Below are positions 63,649 through 64,000 of a DNA stretch of 64,000 nt, piece after piece. This DNA is from Spirochaetia bacterium (lineage in GTDB: Bacteria > Spirochaetota > Spirochaetia > SZUA-6 > Bin103): assembly GCA_965198005.1 (NCBI GenBank), contig CBDAOI010000003.1, positions 192,001-256,000 on the forward strand, given 5' to 3'. The position numbers and the translations under genes were made by a program. The stretch's first letter is position 1. Every line of letters starts with the position of its first letter. A model generated the notes under the pieces. The model did not search any database. It saw only the letters and a program-made list of their open reading frames with translations, and had not been told where the DNA came from.

Positions 63649-64000
63649 TCCCTCTCAAGCGGTAACGATAATTGTATGCTTGCCGCCTGTTCGTGAAGTC
63701 GGCTCTGCGCCAGCGCCGCAAAACCGCGGTCTACTTCGGCGGCAAGAGCGTGCCGCCCCAGCGCGATCGCGGCGACCGACGCCGAGCACAGCCCGCCGAA
63801 CGGCTCCCACACCGTGTCTCCTGCGTTCGAGGCGATACCAATGATCCGACGCATGAATGACAGAGGCTTCTGGTTCAGGTGAGCCGTAGCATTGCGACCG
63901 GGATTGTGCATCCGAGGCGCGACCCGCCGGCCGTTGCCCCGATAGCGCTCAACACCGTTGAGGGGCGGATGCGACCAGACGTTGGTTAAGCCGTGCTCGT
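63645..64000 (-). CDS. N6/N4 DNA methyltransferase, 5'-partial
   Basis: TNVW, HLNQKP..M..II..S..GDTVWEPFGG (motif I), GR...AE. Confidence 0.85.
   Translation of the reverse strand, partial: EHGLTNVWSHPPLNGVERYRGNGRRVAPRMHNPGRNATAHLNQKPLSFMRRIIGIASNAGDTVWEPFGGLCSASVAAIALGRHALAAEVDRGFAALAQSRLHEQAASIQLSLPLERE

Overview
High-GC bacterial DNA; the signal peptides of the solute-binding proteins (...AAGADEG/ASGESD...AAAA) suggest a Spirochaetota-like host, which is inference only. The window has five parts. (1) 1-3.3 kb: end of a type I restriction-modification locus (hsdM, decayed yhcG, hsdS). (2) 3.4-19 kb: housekeeping genes, including a K+ channel, murA with Asp in place of the active-site Cys, L31 type B, a CoA-transferase, an aldehyde dehydrogenase, sirtuin-pncB-pncA, DUF368, an Ldh_2 oxidoreductase, and CoxM/CoxS/MoaD/XdhC/MocA without a large subunit. 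(3) 19.8-42.3 kb: the most unusual region. Five near-identical Uma2-type PD-(D/E)XK nuclease genes, each with the same leaderless promoter, alternate with three complete and two remnant peptide/nickel ABC cassettes (SBP-permease-permease, no ATPase) on the opposite strand. The same non-coding block with a poly-G tract lies upstream of all three complete cassettes, and the Uma2 copies are recombinational mosaics. (4) 42.4-57.7 kb: acs, then a toxin-antitoxin/defence region with many decayed genes (DUF4160-DUF2442, Rpn and PD-(D/E)XK fragments, Phd-PIN, AAA ATPase-PIN-RNA ligase, darG with broken darT, P450 remnant). (5) 57.8-64 kb: amt, a nitrite/sulfite reductase operon, a DoxX-like gene and a partial methyltransferase/endonuclease pair. 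No rRNA, tRNA or CRISPR array was recognised. All family calls come from motif recognition, not database searches. Single-base frameshifts may be sequencing errors.
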